Under the pieces are notes generated by a model. The model did not search any database. It was given only the letters and a program-made list of their open reading frames with translations, and was not told where the DNA came from. 64,000 bases of DNA from the human T2T-CHM13v2.0 reference genome, Homo sapiens. Positions 27,611 to 41,149 of the stretch are shown here, in pieces (within the stretch, counting starts at the first letter, position 1; the number at the start of each line of letters is the position of its first letter). The stretch lies in assembly GCF_009914755.1 (NCBI RefSeq), contig NC_060925.1. One strand, 5' to 3'. The translations under genes and the position numbers were made by a program.

Positions 27611-28957
27611 TTCATGGTTCTTTAATTGAAAATGACAAAATATCACATCACTATGAGATGCTCAGTAGTGGATTCAAATTCTCGAGAAAGCAGCCATCTG
27701 GCTCTGCACTGAGAAAGCACAGTCTAAGTCAGCTTTCTGCTTTCCCCAAATTAAAGGGCACCTGTTAGTCCAAAGGTGCTCAAGGTGGGTGCATGAGCCC
27801 AGCATTAACAAGCACCATTTCCAGGGTGCCATGGTGATGCCAGCGAGATAGGGCCAGAGAGCCTGTGAATGGGGGATGCTATAAACCACATTGAGATAAG
27901 TCCCTCCCTTCACCCCTCTGGGAGCTGGAGCAGGCAATGTAGAGACAACCAAAGGGGAGCCCTGCCCCGGGCACTGCATTTCCCACTGCAAGGTGGAGGG
28001 TTGACAGGGCAGGGGAGCCCCCTTAGCCACGGTGGAGCTGGAGGGAGTACTCTAGGTGTTTCTGGAGCTATAGGGAGATGCCAAGGCTGACAATGGTGTC
28101 AAAGAGTGTGGAGAAAAACCTGCTGTTGCAGAAAGACAGGAGGCAGACAGAGCCTCTAGGGACATGAGGCTCAGAGGACAGAAAGATGAGAAGGACCCAC
28201 GGCTGTGGCAGAGGAAGGGTCCAGGGACTTTTTATGGAAATGCATCAACTAATGGGAAGGAAAAGAACATGCTGGGTGATAGGAAGTGTCTCAGGAGAGA
28301 AACCAACAAAAGAGCTGGACTAGAAACAGATGGACACAGACAGCCCCAGAGAGGAGGAGTCAGGGACATGCAGGCACCAGGGCTTGGGTGGGTTCAGATG
28401 GGGAGAGTGACTGGCAGGACACAGGGAGGGAGGGAGGGAGGCACAGCATAGCCCTGACAAGCAGACAAAGGAAGCCTCTGGTGAGAGGGCCAACCCTGCA
28501 AAGCTGGACCTTCTAGACAAAGGCAGCCCAGATAAGAATGGAATGCCAACCGGAGAAGAGGGAGTGAAAAAGAACTGATGGGACAGCCATGGCTGCCAGG
28601 CGCTGTGAGCTTCAATTCGGTGCCATTCAGTGAAGCTGGATGTTTCCCTATTTTAACACTTGATATGACTCTTCGAAAAGCCAATACTTATTCACTGACT
28701 TAGTGCAGGCCAGGCACCCAGCACGGACCTATCCATGCATGATCTTGGCCCAATCAACAGGGATTTCAACCAATTTCTACAGCACAAAATGTGGCTCTTT
28801 AAGCATCAGGAACAGTGAGTGGAGCAGACAAGGGATGATCTTTTTAGTACAGTCTGCCCCTTGCTGTCAGGACAAACAGGCAAACTCATACCCCCATATG
28901 GGCTTTTCTAAACGTTCCCACTTGACTGTAAATGGGAGTACCCTGAGGATATGTGGA

Positions 28958-29167
28958 TCTCCTAACAATTCACTGCAAGATTCTATTTTAATAAGTCAGA
29001 TTCATCTGGGATAATTATCCATCATGCCTCAATAGTTAGGTAACATTTATTTAGGAAATGCTTGCTCTGTGCCCAGCATGGTGTTATTATTACTATTCAG
29101 GTTATCGGTATTATTATTAAACCCACTTTATTAATGATCCCTATAAGTGTACCAGTTAATGCACTGG
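28958..29167 (+). repeat. Direct repeat copy A2 (210 bp)
   Basis: Matches 26991-27200; immediately followed by a second ttaatgcac. Confidence 0.97.
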
Positions 29168-29214
29168 TTAATGCACAGGAGTTCCAGAAGCAACGCTGCC
29201 TGCCAGGCTACGTC

Positions 29215-29350
29215 ATCTGAGATCAGTATCGGCTCTCATTTAATCTTCCAACGACCTTTAAGAAGGTTAATATTAGGATCAGAGAAGTTACAGTCTCTCA
29301 GCATCACACAGCTGGTCAGAAACAGAGCTGGGGCATTCCAAAGCCCATGA
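29215..29350 (-). mobile_element. MIR fragment
   Basis: tctcatttaatcttccaac..tcagagaagttacagtctctcagcatcacacagctgg. Confidence 0.55.
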
Positions 29351-29401
29351 TCTCATCGTTGGACTTACTCACAGATGTTTATCAGATAATGCACCAGTGG
29401 G

Positions 29402-29621
29402 AACCTCTGCCCTCCCGGGTTCAAGCCATTCTCCTGCCTCAGCCTCCCGAGTAGCTGGGACTACAGGCACGCGCCACCATGCCTAGCTGGTTTTTGTATT
29501 TTTAGTAGAGATGGGGTTTCACCACGTTGGCCAGGAATGTCTCGATCTCTTGACCTCATGATCCTCTTGCCTCGGCCTCCCAAAGTGCTGGGATTACAGC
29601 CGTAACCCACTGCGCCTGGCC
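29402..29621 (-). mobile_element. AluS (Sc-like), 3' end and tail missing
   Basis: Alu sequence runs from aacctctgccctcccgggttcaag to cgcctggcc; no poly-T. Confidence 0.9.
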
Positions 29622-29814
29622 TTAAAAAGATTTTTTTTAAGGAACCTATATTTTCTTTTGCACTGGGCTCTACAAATTATAGAGTATCTGCAAAGTATTA
29701 TATTCTCCGCATTCCACAGCTGGGGAGGGGCAGGAAAGCCATGTGAGGAAAGCAAAGGGGGCAGGATGACGAAAGTCATACACCTTGGACTCAGACTCGC
29801 ATAAGTTCCTTGAA

Positions 29815-30790
29815 CTTTTAAAAAATTGTGGTAAAATACACATAACATGAAATTCACCGTTGTAATTATTTTAAAATATGTGATTCAGTGGCATTTAATG
29901 CATTCAGTATGTTGTGCAACCATCACCACTATCAAGTTCCAGAACATTCTCACCATCCCAATAGCAGACCCTGTACCCACGGGCAGTCAGTTCCCATCAC
30001 TCCCACCACCCAGGCCCTGGAAACCACTCACCTGCTTTCCGCCTGTGATGGCAAATTTTATGCATCAATTTGACTGAGCTTAGGGATGTCCAGATAGCTG
30101 GTAGAACATTATTTCTGGGTGTGTCTGGGAGTGTGTTTCCAGATGAGATTAGCATCTAGTCAGTGGATGAGTAAAAATCTGCCCTCACCAGTGAAGGTGG
30201 GCAGCATCCAATCCACTGAGAAGCCAGATAGAAGGAAAGGCAAATTCTCCCTCTCTCCCTCTCTCTCCCTCTCTCTCCCTCTCTCTCCCTCTCTCTCCCT
30301 CTCTCTCCCTCTCTCTCCCTCTCTCTTCCTCTCTCTCCCTCTCTCTTCCTCTCTCTCCCTCTCTCTCCCTCTCTCTCTTTCCTTGAACTGGGACATCCAT
30401 CTTCTCTGCCGTTTCACATTAGAGCTCCTGGTTCTTGGACCTTTGAACTCCATGACTTAAACCAGCTCCTCTACCCTCTCCCCGTCCCTTGGTTCTCAGG
30501 CCTTTGGCCTCAGACTCATCTACACCTCCAGCTTTTCTGGATCTCCAGCTTTCAGACAGCCGATTGTGAGACTTCCAAGTCTCCATAATATTCACGATCA
30601 TGTGAGCCAGTTCCCATAATCAATCTCTCTCTCTCTGTCTCCACACACACAGACAAACACACACATGCACACACACACTTCCCACTGGTTCTGTGGTTCT
30701 GTTTCTCCAAAGGAACACGACTGATACACTATCTGTATGGGTTTGCCAATTCTGGATATTTCACTTAAATGGAATTATACGCTGTGGGGC
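29815..30790 (-). mobile_element. L1M 3' end fragment interrupted by MLT2
   Basis: aattgtggtaaaatacacataacatgaaattcacc..gttgtgcaaccatcaccactatc; resumes tctgtatgggtttgccaattctggatatttc. Confidence 0.8.
30044..30728 (+). mobile_element. ERVL solo LTR, MLT2-family, with internal (ctctctccct)n at 30248-30380
   Basis: tgtgatggcaaattttatgcatcaatttgactg..ccagatagctggtagaacattatttctgggtgtgtc..gttctgtttct..gactgataca. Confidence 0.9.
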
Positions 30791-32309
30791 TGTCCTTGAA
30801 CTTCAAGGTTCACATTTAACTCCTTTGTAAAACATGATAGCGATGCTTAACTCCCAGTGTGGACATGAAAGCTCCACGATAAGCTCCTTAGGCACAGCGT
30901 AAACAATGGATAAAGGGTGTTTATCTTACTAGCATTGCTGCATTACCTTTATTATTCTTCTTCTTGCTGTTGTTATTGCTGCTGCTGTTGCTATTGTAAT
31001 GAAGACGAGAGAACGACAGTGGTGATTGTGATGGGAGCTAGAGGATCCAAGATCACACAATTAGCAACTGCTGAGCCCGAATCCTGGCCTTCAATTCTAA
31101 TTCTTAATCCTATTGATTCTAATTCTAACTCTTTGTAATCTTCCCAATCATCTGGTTAGGATTTTCAAAGGAGCAAAGATGAGGAGCTGGTGAAGGCAGT
31201 GCTGGCAGAGAAAAATTACAAACCAAGGTCGGGAGGAAGAAAAGACAGGACAGGAAGTGGTGGGTGGAGACGAGGCCTGAGCCGCACTGGGCAGGTCAGT
31301 TGAAGCCACGTCCTGGGACCTTTAGTGCCTTTCCGTAGGGGCTGGACCACTCTCTGCTTGGGCCTTGCAGCACCCGAGAGGCCTTTGAATAGATATTCAC
31401 AGGAGCCAGGCTCGCCTCTCTGGAAATATTAGCTGGAAAGAAGGGTTCTGCAGGATAAGAGGAGGCAAGCCGAGCCGATGCAGGTGTCCCTGGGAAGCAC
31501 TGGGCCCAGGGCACATTCTTTCTCTATCACAGGATCAGTAATTTGTATCATCTTAAAATAACTACAATGCTTTGGCTGGAACCCCACCAGGAGCCTCCAA
31601 GCCTTTGCAAACAATGGCTCATTAGGTTTTATCCTTTATCTACCTGTCTGCGGATTAAATGGAACAGGCATGGTTTGATACCTGCCACCGCCTCCCTCCT
31701 CCCCCCCCGCCGCTTTCCTCTAGGGCTGAGGGGAGGTAGGGAGCTGGCAGACCACGGAGGATGGTGTCCCACTGCACAGTGGGCCTGGGTCAGCGGCACA
31801 GATGCACAGAAGTAAGCCCAGCTGGGTTTACAATGGACAGAAGCCTGGACAAGGGACAATAATACCCTGGCCAGGTGGACCTTGAAATGCTAATAGGTAT
31901 TCATGACAGTTTTCTAGATGACTCTGGGCAGGAGATCTAGATGTCACTGGACATAAAGATTCTCCTTTTATGCAACCAGCTTTTCTCCTATGGAAGTTCA
32001 TTCTGACACAGGTTAGACACCTTTATAGTCCATGAAATTGAAAACAGGTATCTTTTTCTCTGGACGAGTCAGATAGTCATGGCGCCATCTCCTTTAGGAC
32101 CAGAAAAAGACTCCAATTTCAGAGTAGTGGCCGTACAAGAGGAGACATGGACGGAAGGGAGAGCTGGAAAGCGTTTGTGTCGGGGCTCTGGTTGCAGGTT
32201 GACAATTCTGATTTTCTCTCTGGAACAGGATGACCAGATAGAGAGAAAACATCCGCCCCAGCTGGCATGACTTTTTACATGACACCCAAGAGGCTGTCTC
32301 CATAAATTT

Positions 32310-32480
32310 CAACTCCTGTTCCCAGCTCTGCCACGTCCTGGCTTCATGATTCCTTGGCAAATTGCTTATCTTCTCTGAATCTCAATTTCCTCATCTGTAA
32401 AATGACTGTAAACTCACACAGTACATGGGTTTCTTGTGAATATTAAAACGGAAAAATTCAGGCAAAGCAGTCGACCAAGG
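32310..32480 (+). mobile_element. MIR SINE
   Basis: cccagctctgccac..ccttggcaaattgcttatcttctctgaatctcaatttcctcatctgtaaaatg. Confidence 0.8.
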
Positions 32481-32603
32481 CTGTACAGGGTCCGTGATGT
32501 GGCAGCTGATTTGAGCCCATGCTCGTTTAGTTGTTCTTCAATCTCTATTCATAATGACAGAAATATTTCAATTATTTCAGTTACTATTATTTTCTTAAAA
32601 TAG

Positions 32604-32991
<388 letters not shown>

Positions 32992-32999
32992 TGTTTTTG

Positions 33000-34630
33000 C
33001 TCTATTTTGATCTAAATTTTTACTCTGTCACAATCGTTGAAATGGTATTTTCTTTCATTTGTATTATCTTGGTGCTTTTAGCTCTCTTTTTTCTCCCTCT
33101 TGAAATGTACTGTATAAATGTCATTTCTTTTATTTTTTTCCTTCCAGAAGTTTGAAATACCTATAGTTTAATTCGAGTAAACTAATAATTGCCTTTACAA
33201 TTTTTGCCAAATGTATATGCTTTTTCTCTCCCCGTAACTCTCCACACATTATTCAGATAATATGACCTCTTTACCATGAAGACAAGACTTTCTACATTCC
33301 CTAGGCTAGTGATCCAGGCTTTCAGCTTTTCCAAATTTTAATTTTAAACTGTTTAGATTTTTTTTCATATTATGTCTCCTTCTAATCCTTGTATAACAAG
33401 TGTATTCAATAGCAACAACAGTATATTGAAGGTTTTGCCTGGAACTGCATTTTGCTCCTTTCTTTGCCTGACATTTTCCCTTGTGTCACAGGCGGCTTTT
33501 TCCTGGGCTACAACTTTTGCTTTGTGGCATATAAGCTCAAGGATTTTTCATTTAGAAACATTTAACAGGAGGTATAATTTTCTTTAAAACTGCCTGTTTG
33601 GGAGATTATGCTGTCCCCTTTCTTGAAGGTTTGGCTTCATATGCAATTCTAAGTCCAATTCCTTTTCCCTCACAACTTTGGAGATAATGCCCTTATTATC
33701 TTTTAGAATTTCATGTTGAAAATTATAAAACTGACGTCAGCCTAATTTTTGCTGTTTTGAGACTAGCCTGCCTTTTCTCAATACAGTTTTAATACAGTTT
33801 TAGGATTGAGTTTTTTTTAAATTTCGATTTCAGAAACTTTAGCTGTATTTAGGGCTAACATTTAAAATGTATGTTTAAAACAGTGTTCAAAATTGTCTGT
33901 TAAATGTTCATTTAAAATATATGTTTAAGATGTACATTAAAAATTAAACTGTACTTTTACATTATTTTCCTAGTGTTCAATAGTTCCTTTAGACTCAGGT
34001 CTTCCTTAAGATCTTTTTTTTTTTTCCTATTTTTTTTTTAAATCATTTTTTCAGCTGGGTGCCCTGGCTCACGCCTGTAATCCCAGCACTTTGGGAGGCC
34101 AAGGTGATTGGATCAATTGAGCTCAGGAGTTGGAGACCAAGCTGGGTAACATGACAAAACCCCATCTCTACTAAAAAATACAAAAATTATCCTGGCATCG
34201 TGGCAGGAGCCTGTAGTACCAACTACTCGGGAAGATGAGGTAAGAGAATTGCTTGCACCAGAGGCAGAGGTTGCAGTGAGCTGAGGATCTTGCCACTGCA
34301 CTCCAGCCTGGGTGACAGGGCAAGACTTCATTTCAAAGAAAAAAAAATTTTTCTGCTCGTTTTTTTAAATCACTTTCTGGATCACCCGTTATTAAGTAGT
34401 TATTTTATTTTTTGGATCTCTCATCCTTGTCTCTTAATTTTTCTCTTTCTTTCTCTCTATACTATTGTTCTTGTGTGATAGGAGATTGCCTCATTTTATC
34501 TTCCAAATCAGTAACTCAGTTTTGAACCACTTTCATTTTGCTCTCCAGCCCATCGAAAGAATACATCTTTTTCAAATCTTGTTTAGAAGTGTTTGCTATT
34601 TTCTACTCTTATTTCCTAATATCTTCTTAT
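33000..34630 (-). mobile_element. Very old L1M fragments (ORF1 region)
   Basis: T-rich; gaatttcatgttgaaaattataaaactgacgtcagcctaatt is similar to reverse L1 ORF1. Confidence 0.5.
34053..34347 (+). mobile_element. AluJ-type
   Basis: gctcacgcctgtaatcccagcactttgggaggcc..ttgagctcaggagtt..A-tail. Confidence 0.92.
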
Positions 34631-36310
34631 TTGGGAAAGCAATATGTCCACGTTCATAGTAGGAAAACTCAACATCGAAAAGCTGAAGGTCCTCCCTAAA
34701 TTGATCTATTGATGCCATGTATTTCTGAACCAACTTCTAATAGGGATTCTATGGATCTTGACAAATTGATTTAAAAATTTATGTAGACATGCAAAAGACC
34801 AAGAAAAACAGTAAAGATGAAGAATAGAATGAAACACTGTCAGTACCAGATCTCAATGCTTACCATAAAACAACAGTAAGACAATGTCGTATTGCCATAG
34901 AAGTTGATAAATTGGCCAAATATAAAGTAAACAGAGCCCAGAATTAGACACACACTAAAAGAAAGAGGTGACTGTACCGAGTGATGGGTAAAGAGGGACT
35001 TTTTGATAAATAGTACTGGCACAGTTGGTTATCCATATTTTTAAAAAGTGAAATAGGCTATCCACCTTCCATTAAATACAACATTAATTTCAAATAAATT
35101 TGAAACTACAAGTAAAAAAGCAAAACTCAAAAATGTTTAAAAGAAAATATAGACAGATATCTTTCTGAGCTTGAAATAGGGAAGGAGCTCATAAACAGAA
35201 CCAAAAAAATTAAACATTTAAAAAAAAATTTTGGCTGCATTGCAATCAAAACTTGTATTTTGCAAAACACACTATACAGACAACTAAAAAAGGGAAGAAG
35301 ATATTTTCGATACATATAACTAAAAATGAAAAGAGGATTTACTATTTAGAAAACATACAGAGGTCCTTTAAATCAGTAAGCAAAAAAGAAATGAACCAAT
35401 AGTAAAATGTGTAATGGATGTGAACTGCCACTACCCAGAAGTGGAAATACATATTCCATAGACAAGTGAGATAACAGACCTCATTAGAAATCAAGCAAAT
35501 GCAAATTAAGATACAATGATAGACCATTATATCCCCATGGGATCGGCAGCAACTAATAAACTGATGAGACAGTGGTGGTATAGGTATGTACAGCTACTTT
35601 AGAAACAATTTTTCATTATCTTGTAAAGTTGTTAAGATGTGAGAACTTAGTGATAAACTCCCAGATAAATGCCTTAAATTCTTGCACAGATGCTCCCAGG
35701 GCCAGCACAGCTCAGAACGGGAGCAACCCAGATATTCATCAACAGGAGACTAATTCAAGAGGCTGAGGCAGGAGGATAGCTTGAGCCCAGGAGTTCAAGA
35801 CCAGCCTGGGCAACATAGGGAGACCCTGTCTCTACAAAACACATTTAAAAATTAGTCAAGCATAGCAGCACATGCTTGTGGTCATAGATACTCAGGAGGC
35901 TGAGGTAGGAGGATTGCTTGAGCTCAGGAGTTCAAGGCTGCAGTGAGCTGTGATCACACCTGGGGAACAGAACAAAACCCTGTCTCAAAAAAAAAAAAAA
36001 AACCAGAAGAATGAATCAGAAAAATTGTACATTCACACAAATTGAATATTGTGCACCACTAAACACGAATGAACTACAGGTACACAACAACACGGGTCAT
36101 TCTCAGAAGCAGAATATTATGAGACAAGTCCCTATGATGTACCATTAAAAAGAAATGAATTACAAGAGACATACAACAACACGGATGAATCTCAGAAACA
36201 CAACGTTGCGTGAAGAAGACAAGTCCCAGAAGACCGCATTCAATAAGTTACCGTTTTTGTAATAATCAAAACCAGGCAAAACTAAGCAATGCACTGTTTA
36301 GGTATATACA
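34630..36310 (+). mobile_element. Old L1ME-like ORF2 3' end/3'UTR
   Basis: ctccctaaattgatctat..gatcttgacaaattgatttaaaaatttat..gcaaatgcaaattaagatacaatgatagacc. Confidence 0.7.
35757..36002 (+). mobile_element. AluJ (5'-truncated)
   Basis: ggaggatagcttgagcccaggagttcaagacc..ggctgcagtgagctgtgatc..poly-A. Confidence 0.9.
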
Positions 36311-37958
36311 TATGGAATGATCTGGCTTTCCTTCCAGCCACAAAAAAAAAAAAATGTCAATGAAACAGGCAAGCAAACCTCATTTCTAACTAACTTCAGA
36401 CAGTGTGTTTTCTGAGTGTCTTTTTCTTAAGAGCCACAGTGAGTGAGTTTTTCTATATTATCATGTTACCTAATAATGATAAATAATTTGGAAAATGCAA
36501 GAGCTAAAAAGAAAAAAATAAAGCTGCCCATAATCTGACATCTTTTAAAAGCCCCCCTGCAAAGGGACTGTTTTCTGTTGTGACTCCTGATAGATATCCA
36601 TTCTAATCCCAACCATTTCTTCCAACCATAGGAAGCAGAAGGAAGAGGGAGAAGCCTGCTCGGGAACTGTATTGCAGGATGGTGTTTGCCACTTAGAGCT
36701 GCGGAGCCCAGTGGCACTGCAGAGACAGTGGGCTCTTGTGTATGCTGTCACACTCCTAAGCTGGTCTTAGAAATCTTCCACTTGTGCCCAAGTGACAGAT
36801 GTTGTCCAACTGATGCCCATGCCAGAACCAGCACTTGCACAGCTCTGCTCACATGAGAGTGTAAAATCGTCTTAAGTATAGTCTTTAGATGACTGGAATT
36901 TCTGAGGACAGAATTTCCACTTAAAATAAAGCCTAACAAGCTCTCTGGAGAAATTAGCTGGGGTCAGAGACCCAAACTTGCCAAATAAACATATTGTCAG
37001 AGACTAAAATGAACAAGTTTCTCTCCCCCAACTCCTTTTTAAACATTAAGAAACTGAATAATCTTATTTTTCCTCCAGCTTCAGACAGAGCAAGTGTTCA
37101 TAAATATTCATTTTTTCCAACTGGAAGCATTAGGCCTTGTTACTTCAAGTGGAACTAACTGAAAATTAATGATGGTTTTCAGAAAAAAGCAAGATTATAT
37201 ACACAGAAGCAATTAAACACAAACCTATTAATTATTTAACAACTTGTTAATGAGTAGAATTTTAGCATTCAAGTTGTAACTACTCTAGCTTGCCCCTGCC
37301 AAGTCACTTATATATCATCCTTTCAAAATTTGGCTTTCAGAAGTAAAAGATGGGGGGATTTTCACACAGATTTGCACCTTGCAAAAAGGAATCTGAGATG
37401 CCAATTACAGAGAAATGGCAAAGAACAGAGTTGGAAATAGAGCAAAGAAGTCATCTTAAATTTTGATCCAAAACCCAATATGTAGTGAAGTTTAATTTCA
37501 CATTTAGAATATTTGTTATGGGAAAACAAATATTAGTGCTTTTTCTGTTTTGTGCATATTCATACATGTATATTAAGGATTTTAACATGAATTTGACCAG
37601 TTTTTAATTAATTGTGTGTATTATTTTAAGTAAATTCAATGTACAGAATAGAAAATTTACAAAGCCACTGAAACAGAGTCTTCACTTATGTTACAGAAAC
37701 TTAAGCTTTAACCCACAATTATATGCCTATTGAATATTTCATATTTGTTAAATGGCACCACCTATAAGCAAAGGCATGATACTGCATCCCAGCACTATTA
37801 GACATTACAAAAACCTAGACCAAAAGGATTGGCCTTCTAGGATTATAGAAGGAAATACATCAAGTTACTAAAACACATTTATGTTTGACTGATTTTCTTT
37901 TGTCTCCATTCTGTCCGTAGTATCTATAGACATTGCAGAACTCTCTCCTGTATCTCAC

Positions 37959-38938
37959 TGTGGCTCAGAACACTATACCCCAAAGTATGGCACCTTAGCA
38001 TGCTGAGTACTTTGAACTGAAGAATATTGAAAAGACCTCAGAAGCAAGGTCTTTCTGACTTTCTCCCATCTTTCTGTCTCCCATTTCTCTCTTTCTACCA
38101 AACAAGTCACAGAAACCAGACTTTCTTCTTCCAAAGGTGGGTCATAGAAACTAAAATCACTTTCTTCCCAAGCAAGCCATAAAACCTAGAAAGGTCACTC
38201 TCTCCTTTCTCCCTTGAAGACTCATTCCAGAGAGGTCCTGCCCCATACCCAGAGGAAGGACTAGTACACAGAGAGGCCATGAAGAACGTGAACAGGCAAG
38301 TCTTGCCGGGGTTCGTCCCTCAGTCTGTTACCACAAGATTCTACCCTTTCGTCCAAACACATTTCTACATGGCTATCTGATATGGTTTGGCTTTGTGCCC
38401 CCATTCAAATCTCATCTACAATTGTAATCCCATAATCCCCACATGCCTTGGGAGGGTGGGAGGTAATTGAATCATGGGGGTGGTTTCCACCATGCTGTTC
38501 TCGTGATGAGTGAATTCTTATGAGATCTGATGGTTTGATAGGTGTCTGGCATTTCCCCTGCTGGCACTCACTCTCTCCTGCCGTCCTGTGAAGAGGTATT
38601 TTCTGCCATGATTGTAAGTTTCCTGAGGCCTCCTCAGCCATGTGGAACTGTGAGTCAATTAAACCTCTTTGCTTTATAAATTACCCAGTCTCAGTTATTT
38701 CTTCATAGCAGCATGAGAATGGATTGATACACTATCCATTCTTCACTGAACCTAAGTATAAATACAGAGTTTTCCCTGAGTCTTTAGGTTCTCATTTCTG
38801 AAGGCTGCCATGTCACGCAATACTTGATTAAATACATTTGTTAAGTTTTTCTTTTGTTAACCTGTCTTTTTTTATAGAAGTGCCAGTCATGACCCTTATG
38901 ATGGAAGGGGAGCAGTGTCACACCTCTCCACATCTACA
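37959..38938 (+). mobile_element. ERV1 solo LTR, MER39/MER34-group, interrupted by THE1
   Basis: ggctcagaacactataccccaaagtatggcacc..gggtcatagaaac..ttaaatacatttgttaagttttcttttgttaacctgtc. Confidence 0.75.
38378..38731 (+). mobile_element. THE1D-like solo LTR
   Basis: tgatatggtttggc..gtctggcatttcccctgctggcactc..gattgataca; perfect TSD ctatc/ctatc. Confidence 0.93.
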
Positions 38939-39930
38939 GCCTCTTCTCTTCTGGAGATGCACTCTCTCCTAGGTGAACTCACCCAGTCCCATGGTTCTAA
39001 ATACCTTCCATATGTTGGTGACTCTGAATTACAGATTACAGCATGAACCTCTCCACATGCATGTTTATCAGACACCTAAATCTTAAACCAACATCTCAGT
39101 AAACAGAAACACAAGTCTTCTAATTCCTTTGGAAGTCATCCTTGACACTTCTCCTTTCACACCCCACATCTAATTTATCAGGATATACTGTAGGCTCTAC
39201 GGGCATAATACACAAAATCCCACCACTTCTCCCACGCTTGCTGTGGTCACCCCCTAGGAGCCATCATTATCCTGTCCCAGCATTAAGTGCCTAATTGGCC
39301 TTCCCGTTTCTACCTTTGTTTCCCTCCACCTTCAGACTATTCACGGGTGACCAATGGAAAACATGAGTGGCATCACAAGAGTCCACTGCTGTTTCTGTTT
39401 CTCAGAATAAAAGCCAAAGTCCTTTCACTGCATCAAGGCTCCCCATCATCTGCCCCCACTGCCACTCTGACTTCCTTTCTGGCTACTTTTCCCATTTTTC
39501 ACTTGGCGCCAGTCACATGGGCCCCCTGTTATGGCTGGAATATGCCCAGGGCCCTGCACCAAAGCCCTGGTGCCGCTCTTCCCTCTGCCCGAGTCTCTGC
39601 TTCCATATGGACTTAACACAGCCAGGCTTCCCCTAGTTGTTCCTCTCCCCCCAGCACTCCGTCCCCTCCTACAACTTTACATAGTAATTTCTCTTTTAAC
39701 CCATGTGCTTCCTATGTGTTTTCTATGTGCCTCTTATGTATGTGTATATATGTGTGTGTGCATTCAGTCATTCACGTATGGAACCACTCATCAGTTGTCT
39801 TTTTCAGGCTATAAAGGTAGGGACAGGGACTGTCTGTTTTGTTTTCAGCTGTGTTCTTTGCATTAGAACAATGCCTCACATAGAGTAGGCACTCAAAAAA
39901 TGTTTGTCAGAGAACGAAATAAATAAAGAT
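38939..39930 (+). mobile_element. L2 LINE 3' fragments
   Basis: cctaggtgaactcacccagtcccatgg..ctcagaataaaagccaaagtcctt..cacatagagtaggcactcaaaaaatgtttg. Confidence 0.75.
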
Positions 39931-40249
39931 GAATTGCATTACTAAAATTATTAATAAATAAATTATTTTTTATTAATGAATGGATTAGCAATAAATGAAC
40001 AAAGACTGCATTATGACATGGATGGAAGATGGTCTAAAGCCAGGAGAGAGCTTACAGACTCAAAAGGGGATTTTGAAATAATATTTAAGTGTGAAAAAAT
40101 ACTGAATGACGAGCTCATATATGAAAATTGCTGCACTCCGCCACTTCCTCGACCTCCCACTGTGGCAGATGTTACCGTGTGATCCTGGTAGTCTTCCAGC
40201 TGGGTCCCATTCAGGCCTCGTCATCCATCTTAACACACAGTTCTAGAAT

Positions 40250-40410
40250 CTTGCTGCTCAAAGTGTGGTCCACAGACACTGACCAGCATCATGGGCATCA
40301 CATAGGAGCTTGTGGGAAATGCAGAAACTCGCCTCTATCTACTGAGTCCAAGCAGCACTTTGACAAGATCCCTCAGTGATCTGCTTGATAATAAAGTTCG
40401 AGAAGCACCA
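40250..40410. mobile_element. hAT-Charlie MER5A-like
   Basis: ctcaaagtgtggtcc..ggagcttgtgggaaatgcaga..acaagatccctcagtgat..aaagttcgagaagcac. Confidence 0.8.
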
Positions 40411-41149
40411 GGGTACACAGTGACTGCTGGCTCATCACAGCCCCACACAGGCTCAAATCCGCTTGACATCTTTGAGCTGAGTGTTGCAACTTTTCTCCTG
40501 ATTTAAGTGACATCCATCCCATTTCTTCACACTTGTCAGAAACCATGTCCCAATTCCTGCATCATCCATGTAATCCTGATGTGCATCCACAATGCCGGGA
40601 AGATAAGCGGCTGCCAACAATTTCCGCTGCTTTATCAGAGTCCCAGACATCTGCAACTCAGCTCCTGACATGCTGTTTGCAGCACAGTGGTGAAATCAGC
40701 AGGCCCCTCTCCACCCCAGCTCACCTTCCAGCGAAACAAAAAGGTGAGCACAGAGCAATGCTGGAGCCCAACTGGGAGAGGGGCCAGCAGTCCTGTGAAT
40801 GGGCTTCCGAGAACTTCCTGTTCCCTGCTCACCCTCTTTCCACTTTCTCAGGTGACCAATGACAAATCCAGAGGCAATTCTCAAAGTGAAACTGTGTCTG
40901 GGCAGAGGCACTGAGACATTGATGATGAGACTTGGGGAGCAAGACAGAAGGGCTGGTGGGGCTGATTGAGCCCAGACTGCAACATGAGAGGGTCTCAACT
41001 CTGAAGCACCCTCTGCCACCACTGGGAAAGAAAAACCACCCCTTCTACTTGGAGGAGCCCAAGCTGAGGACAAGGACTTTACCCCATCGGGAGGATGCAC
41101 CTATCAGCAAAAGCAGCTGAGAGTTCTAAAGGAAAGGTGGGGGGATATT

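Noticed and set aside
26991-29167. Direct repeats read as the paired LTRs of a novel retroelement
   Set aside because: No TG..CA termini, PBS, PPT, TSD or gag/pol; the interior holds an AluJ older than the ~2% repeat divergence implies
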